The notes below the pieces were generated by a model. The model did not search any database. It saw only the letters and a list, made by a program, of their open reading frames with translations, and had not been told where the DNA came from. From Pachysolen tannophilus NRRL Y-2460 (lineage: Eukaryota): DNA of 64,000 nt. Location of the stretch: positions 898,426-962,425 of the forward strand of contig KV454011.1 of NCBI GenBank assembly GCA_001661245.1, given 5' to 3'. Positions 36,857-48,758 of the stretch are shown piece by piece (the stretch's first letter is position 1; each line of letters starts with the position of its first letter). A program made the translations under genes and the position numbers.

Positions 36857-38716
36857 CTATGGGAAAGGATTTGTAGTATTACCAATTGCTTGGCAATATC
36901 CCTTGGCATCCCCAACAGCACATTCATTTAGAAACATATTTTTCTCACTAATGCGGGTTCTATCATCACCTTCATCTATGTAGTCGATATTATTTGCCAA
37001 GATTTTTAGAATATTTTTATAGAAGCCTCTTACATGCAATACTATGACATTACTATCTGCTTCGGAGAATGTTATTCCCATATAATCGTCTTTTATGCAC
37101 AGTGTATCTCCACAAAGTTTAGCTTCATTTTCATTCAGTTGATCTTCTGTGAGAAAATCCCAATAGGCAATACTGTTTGGTATTAAGACGCTAATACCTC
37201 CATCACATATATTGTTTGCTTCTGTATTCCATGGTAAAACATCTATATTGAAATCCATTAAACTACTAACGTATTCTATCTGGAAGAAATCGTTATTCAT
37301 ATTTTTGGAAAAAATTAAGAAATGTGGTCTATAAGCTGTAGACACACATCCACATTCATCATTATGTGATCTTGGAAATCCTAACCAATATTGTCTATCT
37401 AAAGTATCAATTCTCATATTTTTAGGGAAAAATTTTTGAGGAATTTCAACTAAATTTGTTCCACCTCTCATACTACCAACAGTATTATTATCAATTTCTT
37501 CAGTAACAAAAATCTTATTACAAATACCATCACTTAATGAACATTTAACAACTAATAAAGGATCTAAATTATAAACAAATCCAATATGAGTTTGTTGATC
37601 AACAGAATCAAAAAATGGAACCCAATTTTTTTCAACACCTTTAACTTCAGAATTTGCTACCCGTAATAATAAAAAATTTGAATCTTCATCTGAAAAAGGT
37701 TTGAAAACATGCATACCACGTTTATCTTCAATATCTTTATTGACCATATTGAAAACAACAATTGGTTCTTGATCATCTTCACCTTGAGAATTTTTAAAAT
37801 TACGTACAAGAATTCTAGGATCTTCTGGACCCATATAACGATTTCTTGCATAAATTGGAACTTTTAAAATCATTGGAAAATTTAATGATAATCTTCTTCC
37901 ATTATTATTTACATTTAACCTATAATTTTGTAATTCATTCCAATTTCTATCAAATAATTGAACATAACCTAAACTAATAGTTGGTTTACTTTTTACACCA
38001 ACTCTTGAATATATGACTCTACTAACCATTAAATGAACTTTATATTTTGCAAGCCAAACACTACTACCTCCAAAAACCCACCATTTTCTTGTAATTATTT
38101 CATCTTCAGTTAATGGAATAAAATTTTCATGTTCTATAAGATCATCTTCTTCAGTATATTCATGTTCATCTTGTTCTTCTTCTTCACTTGAAACTGGATT
38201 TTTCTCTCCTAAAAAGCAATATTTGACCATTGGGTATTCTTCTCTCATTGTAGAAATTAATTGTCTAATTGAATGTAAATCTTGTTCAAATACTGTCTTG
38301 GGTGTAACTTCCAAATGACTTTGAATTTCAATATCTTCACATAATGACATCAATTGCAGCTCTAAAGTTGGTGGTATCCTAAGGTTTCTTCTATCTCTTG
38401 ATTTAAAACCATAACCATGGAAATCATAACCAGTATAATTATTTATTAATACTGGAATACTTATAGGTGAACTTGGAGAAATTCTACTAAAATCAACAAA
38501 TGCCAACTTATAATGATTCAAATTGTCCACAAGAAAAGAATAATTTAATAATACTATGGATATTGTCACAAGATAAACATTCAATAATTTTCTATATTTC
38601 TTTAACGTTGAACCACTAACAAATCTTGCCAATATATTAGAAAAATTAATCAAGTATATTAATAGGGCCACCAATGGCAGGACAACTGCTAGCTTGTATA
38701 AAAATGGACTGTCCAT
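36857..38716 (-). CDS. Beta-1,2-mannosyltransferase (Bmt/GT91/DUF3589 family), intact paralogue A
   Basis: N-terminal TM anchor; WWVFGGSSVWL..HLMVSRVIY, GPEDPRIL, EPIVVFNM, EKNWVPFF, MRGGTNL, CGC..YRPH, SVLIPNSIAYWD, DYMGITFSEAD. Confidence 0.9.
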   Translation of the reverse strand: MDSPFLYKLAVVLPLVALLIYLINFSNILARFVSGSTLKKYRKLLNVYLVTISIVLLNYSFLVDNLNHYKLAFVDFSRISPSSPISIPVLINNYTGYDFHGYGFKSRDRRNLRIPPTLELQLMSLCEDIEIQSHLEVTPKTVFEQDLHSIRQLISTMREEYPMVKYCFLGEKNPVSSEEEEQDEHEYTEEDDLIEHENFIPLTEDEIITRKWWVFGGSSVWLAKYKVHLMVSRVIYSRVGVKSKPTISLGYVQLFDRNWNELQNYRLNVNNNGRRLSLNFPMILKVPIYARNRYMGPEDPRILVRNFKNSQGEDDQEPIVVFNMVNKDIEDKRGMHVFKPFSDEDSNFLLLRVANSEVKGVEKNWVPFFDSVDQQTHIGFVYNLDPLLVVKCSLSDGICNKIFVTEEIDNNTVGSMRGGTNLVEIPQKFFPKNMRIDTLDRQYWLGFPRSHNDECGCVSTAYRPHFLIFSKNMNNDFFQIEYVSSLMDFNIDVLPWNTEANNICDGGISVLIPNSIAYWDFLTEDQLNENEAKLCGDTLCIKDDYMGITFSEADSNVIVLHVRGFYKNILKILANNIDYIDEGDDRTRISEKNMFLNECAVGDAKGYCQAIGNTTNPFP

Positions 38717-39757
38717 TGTGGAAGTTTCGTTTTTTTTTTCTTTTTTTTTGACTTTGACTTTGAAAGAGTTAATTGTGCTTGCTTATCACCTTATATCACT
38801 CAAATAAACATTCAACTTCCGAATCACTGTGTAACAATCAGTATAACTACTAATATAAATAACTATACATATATATACGTATGTATATATATATATTAGA
38901 TAATGGGTATATATATATGTATATATATATATATATAAATGAGCTTCAGAAGAGAAGATCAGAGAGTTATATAAGGGGTTTGATGTATACGTTATCAAAA
39001 TGAGTGGATTTTCTTTTTTTCTTTTTTTTTTTTTTTTTTTTTTTTATTGGCAAAAATTTCAAATTCAAATCAATGAAAGGAAATTTAATTTTAAAAACTA
39101 AATAAAATAAACTACATAATAATTTAACTAAAAAAAAATAAAAGAAACATGGGAACTTGCTTAAAATTTTAACTAAGTTCAATTCAATGTAGCTGGCACA
39201 GCTGTTTCAAAACCCTGATTAGACACAGCTAGGCGAAAATTAAAGTGAAATGCAAGATGTATGCACCTGCATATTATTGTGAAATTTTGGGACAGTTGCT
39301 GCAGAATGGTTTCTTTTTTAAAGGCTGCTGAATTGGCAATCTGCGGAAGTTTAAAATAAATAAAAAAAATTATTAAATAATTATTATTAGCTCAAGAATA
39401 AAAAAAATTTGATACTTTATACTTTTCGAAGAAGAAAGAAATAATAATTGGAGTTAACTTTTTTTTNTTTTTTTTTTTGGTTTTCCTGATCCGAATTGTA
39501 ATGGTTCGATATAAATTAGTAATGAATTTCCGTATGATTTAAAGGAAATTGTACTAATAATAATAATAGTAGTATTTCATGTATAAACGTGTAAGATCGC
39601 CCCTTTTTAGAAGATCCAGTGTCAATTTTAATTTGAAATTTCATCATATACACTCAAGGTGGAATCAGCCATCTTTTTGTAAACATTGTTTGTTGTAGTT
39701 ACAGTGTTATCATTGCTAATCATTATGTAGGGCGTTCGATGTATGTATAATACATCA

Positions 39758-40443
39758 ATTTCCTCGTTCTCATAATAAAGATTGTGGTTGTACTACAAAC
39801 ACTTATAGACCTCATTTTCTCATCTTATCCAAAGATTTAGAAACTGGAGTCTATCGCATTGAGTATCTTAGCAATTTAATGGATTTTAGAATTGATGTCT
39901 TGGCATGGGATATTGATAGAACAACTTGTGAAAGTCGTAAAAGTGTTTTGATCCCAAATAGCGTTGCTTACTGGGATTTCGTCAAGGATCAAAGAACTAA
40001 TGAGATTCAAGATGATTACATGGGAGTAACTTTTTCCGAAGCAGATAACAATGTAGTCTTGGTGCATATAAAGGGACTCTACAGTAACATTATTAAAATA
40101 TTAAGAAATAATAGTGACAGGGGCTCTTCTTCTTCTTCTTCTTCTTCTTCTACAAAATCAAAGAAAGAGGAGAAAAATGAAACTAGAAATTTAAATAAAA
40201 TGCAAGCATTGGCAACCAAAAAAAATAGTTTCTTAAATGGTTGTGCAGTTGCAAATGCAAAAGAGTATTGCGAGACACAGTTTCGATAAATTCCATTCAT
40301 ATAATATTTTTATTATTATTTTTATTATTATTATTTTTTTTTTTTCATTATTATTATTAAATAATTAGCTAAAGTAGATAATAGTAGAGTTAGTTTAATT
40401 TAGTTAATATAGAGAACAAATTTAAAAAGAAGAAAAAAATAAT
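39758..40443. other. 686-bp inversion splitting BMT paralogue B
   Basis: Ends ATT (39758-60) and AAT (40441-43); re-inversion gives YWIG|FPRSH and a 612-aa ORF. Confidence 0.88.
39759..40289 (+). pseudogene. Beta-1,2-mannosyltransferase paralogue B, C-terminal 176 aa, inverted relative to its N-terminal part
   Basis: Open frame from 39759 reads FPRSHNKDCGCTTNTYRPHFLIL...SVLIPNSVAYWD...DYMGVTFSEAD...CAVANAKEYC, collinear with paralogue A from FPRSH onward. Confidence 0.9.
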
Positions 40444-41750
40444 CCAATCCAATATTGTTTCTGTACAAGTTCAATGTTTACATTTGTTGGAAGATTTTCT
40501 TTATCAATTTCAATTAAATTTGTACCACCTCTCATGGCACCAATTTTTGATTTTTCTTCAATTTCTGTTTTTACCAGCAGTTTTTGTGATCCAGAATCTA
40601 ATTTATTTACTCTAATACAATTCCCATCTGCTAAAGAACATTTAAGAATTTCTAAAGGGTCCAAATTATAAACAAAACTTAAATGTGATTGCTGATCTTT
40701 TGAATCAAAAAATGGAACCCAATTTTTTTCAACAGGTTTAGGAGTTGAATTTTTAATTTTTAATAATAATAAACTAGAATTTCTTCTTTCTTCATCACTA
40801 ATTGCATCAAAAGGTTTAAAAATATGCATACCTCTCTTGCCATCAATTTCCTGATTAAGCATATTGAATACTACTATTGGTTCTTCCTCTGTACCACCAT
40901 CTGGAGTTCTATAAGTCCTGCTTAGAATCCTTGGGTCTTCAGGTCCCATTGTCTTTTCCATATCTGCCATTGGAACTTTTAAAATTTGTGGGAATTTCAT
41001 AACTGCACTATTTCTCTTTAAGATCATTGAAAAATTTTTTAATTCATTCCAATGATTATCAAATGCTTGTAAATATAATAAACTAATCACTGGGTTTGAT
41101 TTAACACCATCATTTGAGTATATGACTCGACTAACCATGAAATGTATTTGATAACGTGAAAGCCAAACACTTGAACCACCAAAAACCCACCATTTCCTAT
41201 TTAAAATATCTTGTTCACTTTCATTATCACCATCTTGGAAACATTTTTTCCCCTCTGGGTATTCACCATTAAGCAGCATTTTCTTTATTAAATCTCTAAT
41301 TTCTTTTAAATCTTGGTTAAATTCAGATTTTGGAGTAACTTTAATACCATTTTCTATTTGTAATTGCTCACAAGTCAATTCATCACCATTATTAGAAGAA
41401 ATAGATGATAAACTACTATCACCAAATGCAAAAGGTTTATAACCTTTAAACCCATAATCTGTATAATTTCCCAGAACAACATGTGAACTTATTGGAGAAT
41501 TTGGTCTAGTACAACCATAATTCACAACAGCTAATTTATATAAATTTTCTGCATTTAATAAGAGAGCACAATTAATAGAAATAGCAATAAGTGAAATTAC
41601 TGAAATATTCACCACTTTCTTATACCTCTTTAAATTAACCTCATTATGATGTCTACCAAAAAAATCTGTAAAATTTATAAAATAAAGTAAAAGAACAAGT
41701 ATTGGAATTGTAATGAAAAGTATATATTTAAGTGAAAAATCCATCATCAT
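40443..41750 (-). pseudogene. Beta-1,2-mannosyltransferase paralogue B, N-terminal 436 aa, truncated at YWIG by the inversion
   Basis: Same motifs as paralogue A up to QYWIG, then AT-rich non-homologous LFFSSF*. Confidence 0.9.
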
Positions 41751-43215
41751 TGACCCAAGGCAATTAGTTATACAAGAAAAAAAATAAAAAATAAAAAAAC
41801 TTTTTCTTTTTCTTTTTTAATAGTTTTCTTATACTTTTATAATATAAATCTTTAAATTATGTAAATGAATTTTAGTTTATCTCGTGTTAAGGTAAAGTAA
41901 ATTAACTTAATATTTATCGAGCAATTACAACTTTAAAGAAAGAAAGAAAGAACCCTATATTTCTTTTCTTTCTTACCAACACTACCAACACACTACAAAT
42001 ACTTACAAACACTGCATTCACTGCATTCACTATTACACTTAATCATTTACTCAATTTATTCAATTTACCTATTTTAATTTTTACAAACAAACTACGTAAT
42101 CAATATAGCAAAGGTTAAAAAATCTAGTACCTACTTATTTTCGTAAGGGGGCATTGCTTCGAAAAAAAAAAAAATGCATCACAGGAAGCACATTATTCAT
42201 TGAGTTTATGTCCGTTCACTCACAAATAGCTTGCACAGCTCACAGCTGAAATAGACTTTCTCTGCGGCTCGGAGCCCCTTTTTTATTTTTTTTTCTGTTT
42301 TCTCTCTTTTCAAAGAAAAGAGAGAGAAAAAAGACAGAAAAAAAGACAGAAATTATGACGGCCTAAAAATTTCCTTTTTTGGAATTCATTTGTACCCCAC
42401 CGGAAAAACCTCTAATAGTAGTAGTAGTATTCTTCCTCGCCTTGAGGTTGTATATATGTATCATTAGAAACATTGCTTATTATTGTCCTATCTTTTAATC
42501 GATCGGTTTTACTGATATAATTTAAATAAAGCTTAGAAAATGAAGAAATATTAGAAAATAAATATACTTGTATGGCTTGGTATTGTAAATCTATCATCAT
42601 CATCATCTTTGTAGTAGAAGATCATCATAATTTGAAATCAAAAAAAAAAAAATTTTATTTTTTTGTTTGATTTCGAACATCGTTTCATTTACAATTAGTT
42701 TCTTATCTCGAGGAAAATTGTATGGTAGATAGAAATCCAAGAGGTTAAAACTAAAGTTTGATCTATTTTCTAAGTCAAGGCGGAATGAAAATTAGAAAAA
42801 AAAATAGAAAACAAAAAGCGACTATCTATGATTTTGATCAAAAGTTAATTGAACTTGATATAAACTAGGGACTAAAAGCTAGTGCTTAGCTGAATTTATT
42901 CTTTTTATTTTTTTTTTTCTTTTTGATTTCCAATAGACGGTATGAAAGTCAAAGTCAAAGTCAAAGTCAAAAAAAAAAAAAAAAAAAAAATAAATCAAAA
43001 AAATGAAATTATTCTAGTTCCAACTATAGCGCTTAGCAACAAATTTATATCAATCGGCTTATACACACCCAACTCCATCATTTCGTTTCGTTTCGTCTCA
43101 TTTCGTCTCTTCTCGTCTCTTCTCGTCTTATTATTACATGTGTCACACTATACTTTTTAACAAGATCAAAAAAAAACACATTATAAAAGTAGTTCACAAA
43201 AACACCAACTTTTTG

Positions 43216-43222
43216 TATACGA
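43216..43222 (-). promoter_or_regulatory. Candidate sterol regulatory element (TCGTATA, Upc2/Ecm22) upstream of ERG7
   Basis: TATACGA on the + strand about 140 bp upstream of the ERG7 ATG; a short motif that could occur by chance. Confidence 0.45.
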
Positions 43223-43359
43223 GAAGTAGAGGAAGGTTTTGACGAAATTGGTTTTGTAAATAGAACAAGAGGTTAAGACAATTAAAGAATAAGTAAGTAA
43301 GTAAGTAAGTAAGTTAAGAGATTGGGGATTTGTTTTTCCATAGAAGGGAAAAGTGTGTT

Positions 43360-45564
43360 ATGAGTTTATTAGGTTATTATTCTGATCAGATTGCGTTGCC
43401 TAAAACTGATCCTAAACGATGGAGACTTCGTACTACAGAATTGGGTAATGAAAGATGGGAATATATTGCTAAAGAGGAAATTGAAAATGATCCTCAGTCA
43501 AATTATGTTAAATATTTATTAAAAATTCATGATGAATTTCCTTCAATTGTATATGATGATTCAAAGCCTCTTAATAGGCCATTTGAATGTGCTATAAGAG
43601 GTGCAAATTTTCTAAAATTTCTTCAAGAACCATGTGGGATTTTCCCCTGTCAATATAAAGGTCCAATGTTTATGACTATTGGTTATGTTGCAGCATGTAA
43701 ATTTTGTGATATTCCTATAGAGGAAAGTGTTAAGATAGAATTGATTAGATACATAGTAAATAGCGCACATCCTGTTGATGGTGGCTGGGGATTACACGAG
43801 GTTGATAAATCAACATGTTTTGGTACTACTATGAATTATCTTAATTTAAGATTATTGGGACTTCCTGCTAATCATCCAGTTTGTGTAAAAGCAAGGAAAA
43901 CTTTATTAAGACTTGGTGGTGCTCTTGCTAATCCTCATTGGGGGAAGGCTTGGTTATCTGTGTTGAATCTATATAAATGGGAAGGTGTCAATCCTGCTCC
44001 TCCAGAATTATGGATGTTACCTTATGCATTTCCAGCACATCCTGCTCGTTGGTGGGTACATACAAGGGCAATATATCTACCATTGGGATATTTATCTTCG
44101 AAAAAAATTAGTTGTAAGTTGGATCCACTTTTAGAACAATTAAGACTGGAAATTTATACATGTCCTTTTCAAGATATTAATTTTAATGAAAATAGAAATA
44201 ACGTTTGTGGTATTGATTTATATTATCCACATACTTCAATCTTGAATTTTCTTAATAATGGATTAGTTTTTTATGAAAAATATTTAAGACCAAATTGGCT
44301 TTTGGAAAAATCTACAAAATATTCTTATGAACTAATAAAGAAAGAAAATGAAAATACTAAACATTTAGGAATTGCTCCAGTTAGTGATGCATTTAACGTT
44401 ATTGTAACTTTTATTGAAGAAGGTAAAGATTCCAAGAATTTTTTGAAATTAGTTGATAGATTTAAAGAAGTTTTATTTCAAGGACCTCAAGGTATGGTTG
44501 TAATGGGTACAAATGGTGTTCAAGTATGGGATGTAAGTTTTTGTTTACAATATTTTTTCATGACTGGATTAGCAGATCTTCCAGAATACCATGATTTGAT
44601 ATTAAAAGGTTATATATTTTTGATCAAATCTCAATTTACAGATAACTGTGTTGAAGGAAGTTATAGAGATGAACGTAAAGGTGCTTGGCCCTTTTCAACA
44701 AAAGATCAAGGTTACACTGTCAGCGATTGTACCGCTGAAGCTTTGAAAGCTATTATAATGGTTAAAAATCATCCTTCTTTTGCTCAAGTTAAAGACTTGA
44801 TTCAAGATGAAAACTTATATGATGGAATCGATCGATTATTATCATTACAAAATTTAGGAAGTTTTCATTTTGGTTCATTCTCAACATATGAAAAAATTCG
44901 TGGAACACCTTTATTGGAACTTATAAATCCAGCAGAAGTTTTCGGTAATATAATGGTTGAGTTTCCTTATGTTGAATGTACAGATTCTTCAGTTTTAGGA
45001 CTAACCTATTTTAGAAAAAATTTTGATTATAGAGCACAAGAGATTGATTTGGCTATTTCAAGAGCTATAGATTACATTATTCAGGCTCAACAACCAGATG
45101 GATCATGGTACGGATGTTGGGGTATATGTTTTACATATGCTGGAATGTTTGCTCTTGAAGCTCTTTCCTCTGTTGAGAAAACTTATGAAAATGATTTCAC
45201 AGTAAAAAAAGGTTGCGATTTTTTGGTTGCAAGACAAATGGCTGATGGCGGTTGGGGAGAATGTATGAAATCAAGCGAGACACATACATATATAGATAGT
45301 GGTAAATCGTCATTAGTAGTCCAAACTGCTTGGGTATTAATTGGCTTATTATTAGCAAATTATCCAAATCAAAAAGTTATAGAGAAAGGTATTAGTCTAT
45401 TAATGAAAAGACAGAAACTGAACGGAGAATGGGAATTTGAAAGCATAGAAGGTGTTTTCAATCACTCTTGTGCTATTGAGTACCCAAGCTATAAATTCTT
45501 GTTCCCAATAAAGGCCTTGGGGTTGTTTAAAAATCAATATGGTGATATTGAAGTCAAATATTAA
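43360..45564 (+). CDS. ERG7: Lanosterol synthase (2,3-oxidosqualene cyclase)
   Basis: QYKGPMFM, DGGWGLH, catalytic SDCTAE, QW repeats (QQPDGSWYGCWG, QMADGGWGE), GVFNHSCAIEY. Confidence 0.97.
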   Translation: MSLLGYYSDQIALPKTDPKRWRLRTTELGNERWEYIAKEEIENDPQSNYVKYLLKIHDEFPSIVYDDSKPLNRPFECAIRGANFLKFLQEPCGIFPCQYKGPMFMTIGYVAACKFCDIPIEESVKIELIRYIVNSAHPVDGGWGLHEVDKSTCFGTTMNYLNLRLLGLPANHPVCVKARKTLLRLGGALANPHWGKAWLSVLNLYKWEGVNPAPPELWMLPYAFPAHPARWWVHTRAIYLPLGYLSSKKISCKLDPLLEQLRLEIYTCPFQDINFNENRNNVCGIDLYYPHTSILNFLNNGLVFYEKYLRPNWLLEKSTKYSYELIKKENENTKHLGIAPVSDAFNVIVTFIEEGKDSKNFLKLVDRFKEVLFQGPQGMVVMGTNGVQVWDVSFCLQYFFMTGLADLPEYHDLILKGYIFLIKSQFTDNCVEGSYRDERKGAWPFSTKDQGYTVSDCTAEALKAIIMVKNHPSFAQVKDLIQDENLYDGIDRLLSLQNLGSFHFGSFSTYEKIRGTPLLELINPAEVFGNIMVEFPYVECTDSSVLGLTYFRKNFDYRAQEIDLAISRAIDYIIQAQQPDGSWYGCWGICFTYAGMFALEALSSVEKTYENDFTVKKGCDFLVARQMADGGWGECMKSSETHTYIDSGKSSLVVQTAWVLIGLLLANYPNQKVIEKGISLLMKRQKLNGEWEFESIEGVFNHSCAIEYPSYKFLFPIKALGLFKNQYGDIEVKY

Positions 45565-46029
45565 CGAAAATAGAGTGTGTACATGTATATAATTAAATAT
45601 GAATTAATGGTTCGATTTTTAGTTTCGGCTCATCAAAGTAAAGCTAAATCATACCTTTTAACCTTCCACTAAAGAATCCTAGGACATCGACTCTTTGAAA
45701 TCTTTCACCTGTTTCATAGGAAAGAGTTTTGGCGAAATTTTGCATTTTTTGCTAAATTTTTTTTTTTATTTTTTTATTTTTTTTGTAGCGCTACCAGTGT
45801 AATATACTAAATAAATAAAAAAAAACACAGAACTTACAGAATAAAGCAGTATCTTATATGTTTATCAGCTGGTTATCATCATCACATCATCATCGTTACC
45901 ATTTACCATTGACCATTGACAACACCTCCAATACAAGTCTGTATTGTGAGTGAGAAAAAGTTTACCGCTATAGGTTTTACTTTTTATTTTATTTTATTTG
46001 TTTCATTGAATTATTCAAAGAGATTTGAT

Positions 46030-48684
46030 ATGATAATGGATAATACCGTGCGGTTTCCATCTATAACCCTAGATGAGACATTATCATCTCCTTCGACACC
46101 TCCAAATCTTACAAATCCCAATGCGAGATTAGCGACTACTCAACTAGTGATAGCTATAGTGTTGGGATTATTTCTCACGATGACATTTTGTATAATGCGA
46201 TTAAAATTTCCCGATATATATATGTCTCGGTTTAACCATTATAACAGATATGGTTCTTCTTTGAAGAAAATATTGCCACCACAGTTGCCTCGGACAATTT
46301 TCAGCTGGTTTGGAGTATTGTATGGGATAGATGAGAATAAGATATTAAACTGTTGTGGGTTGGATGCTTATGTGTTTTTAGGTTTTTTCAAAATGTCTAT
46401 AAAGTTATTATTTATTTTCACAGTATTAGGATTCACTGTGATATCTCCGGTAAGATATTATTTTACTGGAAGGTATGATCAGGATAGAGATGATGATGAC
46501 GATGAGTTTTTATTTACTGCTAAAGATGATAATTATACCAACCCAGATGAATATGAACCATATCTTTGGACGTATGTCGTATTCACATATCTTTTCACAT
46601 TCATAGCACAATATATCTTGGCTAAACAGTCAAATAAATTTATCAAGGTGAGACAAGCTTATTTAGGAAATCAGAATTCAATTACAGATAGAACTATTAG
46701 GATAAGCGGTATACCGCCTTCATTACGTGATGAGAAGATTTTGAAAAATCATATAGAATCATTGAATATTGGTAAAGTTGAATCTATAGTGATATGCAGA
46801 GAATGGAAAAACTTGAATTGGCTTTTTAAAGAAAGAATGAGAATTGTTGAGAATTTAGAAAAATTCTGGTCTGAATATTTAGCAAATGATAACATTTGTG
46901 ATTTAGTTAATATTCGTTCTACTATACCCGATACATATAGATTAGATCTGAATACTTATCATGATGAAGAGAATAGGTTTCAAGATAATGAAGAAGAAGA
47001 AGAAGATCAAAATAGAGAAGAAAGTAATTCCCGCTCTTTTATGAACCAAGACACTCGTTCAATTATGGAGAATGGAGGAGCAGACGAAGTGACTTCGTCT
47101 CTAATAAGTATAACTTCTAATTCCACCAGGAAACGGAGACCAACAATCCAAGTGGGAGGATTATTTAATTTTCTAGGTAAGAAAGTTGATGCAATTGACT
47201 ATTATACAAAGCAGCTACAGACTCTTGATCAAAACATAATAGAGGCGAGAACATTGCACTATTCGCCAACCCCGTCTGCTTTTGTAACGATGAAGTCTGT
47301 TGCCAATGCTCAGCTTGTGGCGCAATCAGTGCTAGATCCAGAAATTAATCATTGCATAACAAGACTAGCACCTTCTCCTAATGATATCATTTGGGAAAAT
47401 GTGTGCTTACCTTCAAAAGAAAGATACTTCAAAGTTTACTATATTACAGTTGCCATTGGCATAATAAGCGTTATTTCGATAGTTCCAGTTTCATATTTAG
47501 CAGCTTTTTTGAATACAAAATCTATTTCCAAAATTTGGCCTTCTTTAGGAAAATTTTTGAAAACACATGAATGGGCTAAAAATATTGTATCAGTGATATT
47601 ACCACCGTATTTGTTCACTTTGTTGAACGTTATTGTACCTTATTTTTATGTCTGGTTATCATCGAAGCAAGGATTTGTATCTCATAGCGAAGAGGAACTA
47701 TCAATTGTTTCCAAGAATTTTTTCTATATATTTGTGAACTTGTTTTTGATTTTCACATTAGCTGGTACTTTTTCGAATTTTTGGAGTTATTTAAGTGATA
47801 CTACAAAGATAGCTTATCAACTAGCAAATTCTTTGAAAAAATTATCATTATTTTATGTTGATTTAATAATTTTACAAGGTATCGGATTCATGCCTTTTAA
47901 GTTGTTATTGGTCAGTCAGTTATTAAAATTCCCATTTTTGAAAAAGAATTGCAAAACACCAAGACATTATCAAAATTTGTATAAACCTCCATCTTTTAAT
48001 TTTGGTCTTCAATTACCACAGCCAATTTTAATTTTAATCATAACTATAATATACAGTGTCATGTCAACAAAGATCTTAGCCTGTGGATTGATCTATTTTA
48101 TAATCGGATATTATGTTTTCAAGTTTCAGTTAATTTATTCATGCATTCATCCTCAGCACTCGACAGGTAAAGTTTGGGCTACAATTTTTAGAAGGTTGGT
48201 CCTTGGTTTATTAATTTTTCAGTTAACAATGGTGGGTACTTTAGCATTACAAAAAGCATATTTATTAGCTTCTTTACTTACGCCGTTACCAGTTTTGACC
48301 CTTTGGTTTTTAATTGATTTCCAAAGACATTATTTACCGTTAAATAATTTTATAGCATTGACTGCTATCAAGGATCATTTCAATAGAAATAGCAGAAGCG
48401 GTAGCAGTAATGGCAACTATGGTAGCGAAGCTCAGAATGGGGTCCCGTCAATTAGAACTTCTACATCATCGTCGTTAGATATTACTGGTAATCCTACAAA
48501 AACGATCGATGAAAGAAGAGAATTGAATCAGACTTATGATTTTCCAAATATGATTAAATCATTAGATGGTCCTTGGTTAATGATTGACAAAGAAGATATC
48601 ATTATGGTAAATATAGAAGCAAATGGAAGTGTTAATAATGTTATTAGAAGGAGAAGGGTTTATAACGATTGGGAAATCTACTAG
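46030..48684 (+). CDS. CSC1: Calcium-permeable stress-gated cation channel Csc1 (OSCA/TMEM63)
   Basis: GLDAYVFL, DRTIRISGIP, GKKVDAIDYY, SAFVT, APSPNDIIWEN, HSTGKVW; convergent with ARV1 as in S. cerevisiae. Start at 46030 or 46036. Confidence 0.88.
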   Translation: MIMDNTVRFPSITLDETLSSPSTPPNLTNPNARLATTQLVIAIVLGLFLTMTFCIMRLKFPDIYMSRFNHYNRYGSSLKKILPPQLPRTIFSWFGVLYGIDENKILNCCGLDAYVFLGFFKMSIKLLFIFTVLGFTVISPVRYYFTGRYDQDRDDDDDEFLFTAKDDNYTNPDEYEPYLWTYVVFTYLFTFIAQYILAKQSNKFIKVRQAYLGNQNSITDRTIRISGIPPSLRDEKILKNHIESLNIGKVESIVICREWKNLNWLFKERMRIVENLEKFWSEYLANDNICDLVNIRSTIPDTYRLDLNTYHDEENRFQDNEEEEEDQNREESNSRSFMNQDTRSIMENGGADEVTSSLISITSNSTRKRRPTIQVGGLFNFLGKKVDAIDYYTKQLQTLDQNIIEARTLHYSPTPSAFVTMKSVANAQLVAQSVLDPEINHCITRLAPSPNDIIWENVCLPSKERYFKVYYITVAIGIISVISIVPVSYLAAFLNTKSISKIWPSLGKFLKTHEWAKNIVSVILPPYLFTLLNVIVPYFYVWLSSKQGFVSHSEEELSIVSKNFFYIFVNLFLIFTLAGTFSNFWSYLSDTTKIAYQLANSLKKLSLFYVDLIILQGIGFMPFKLLLVSQLLKFPFLKKNCKTPRHYQNLYKPPSFNFGLQLPQPILILIITIIYSVMSTKILACGLIYFIIGYYVFKFQLIYSCIHPQHSTGKVWATIFRRLVLGLLIFQLTMVGTLALQKAYLLASLLTPLPVLTLWFLIDFQRHYLPLNNFIALTAIKDHFNRNSRSGSSNGNYGSEAQNGVPSIRTSTSSSLDITGNPTKTIDERRELNQTYDFPNMIKSLDGPWLMIDKEDIIMVNIEANGSVNNVIRRRRVYNDWEIY

Positions 48685-48758
48685 ATGTATTTTTCAGTAA
48701 GGATAATAGTAATAATACATAGTTCAAATCTTTAATTTTAAAATTTTTTGTTTGTAAT

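Noticed and set aside
39714..39746. TGCTAAT...TAG and GTATGT splice-like signals beside the BMT breakpoint, suggesting (trans-)splicing of the halves
   Set aside because: There is no GT after YWIG and no AG before FPRSH; a DNA inversion explains the join exactly.
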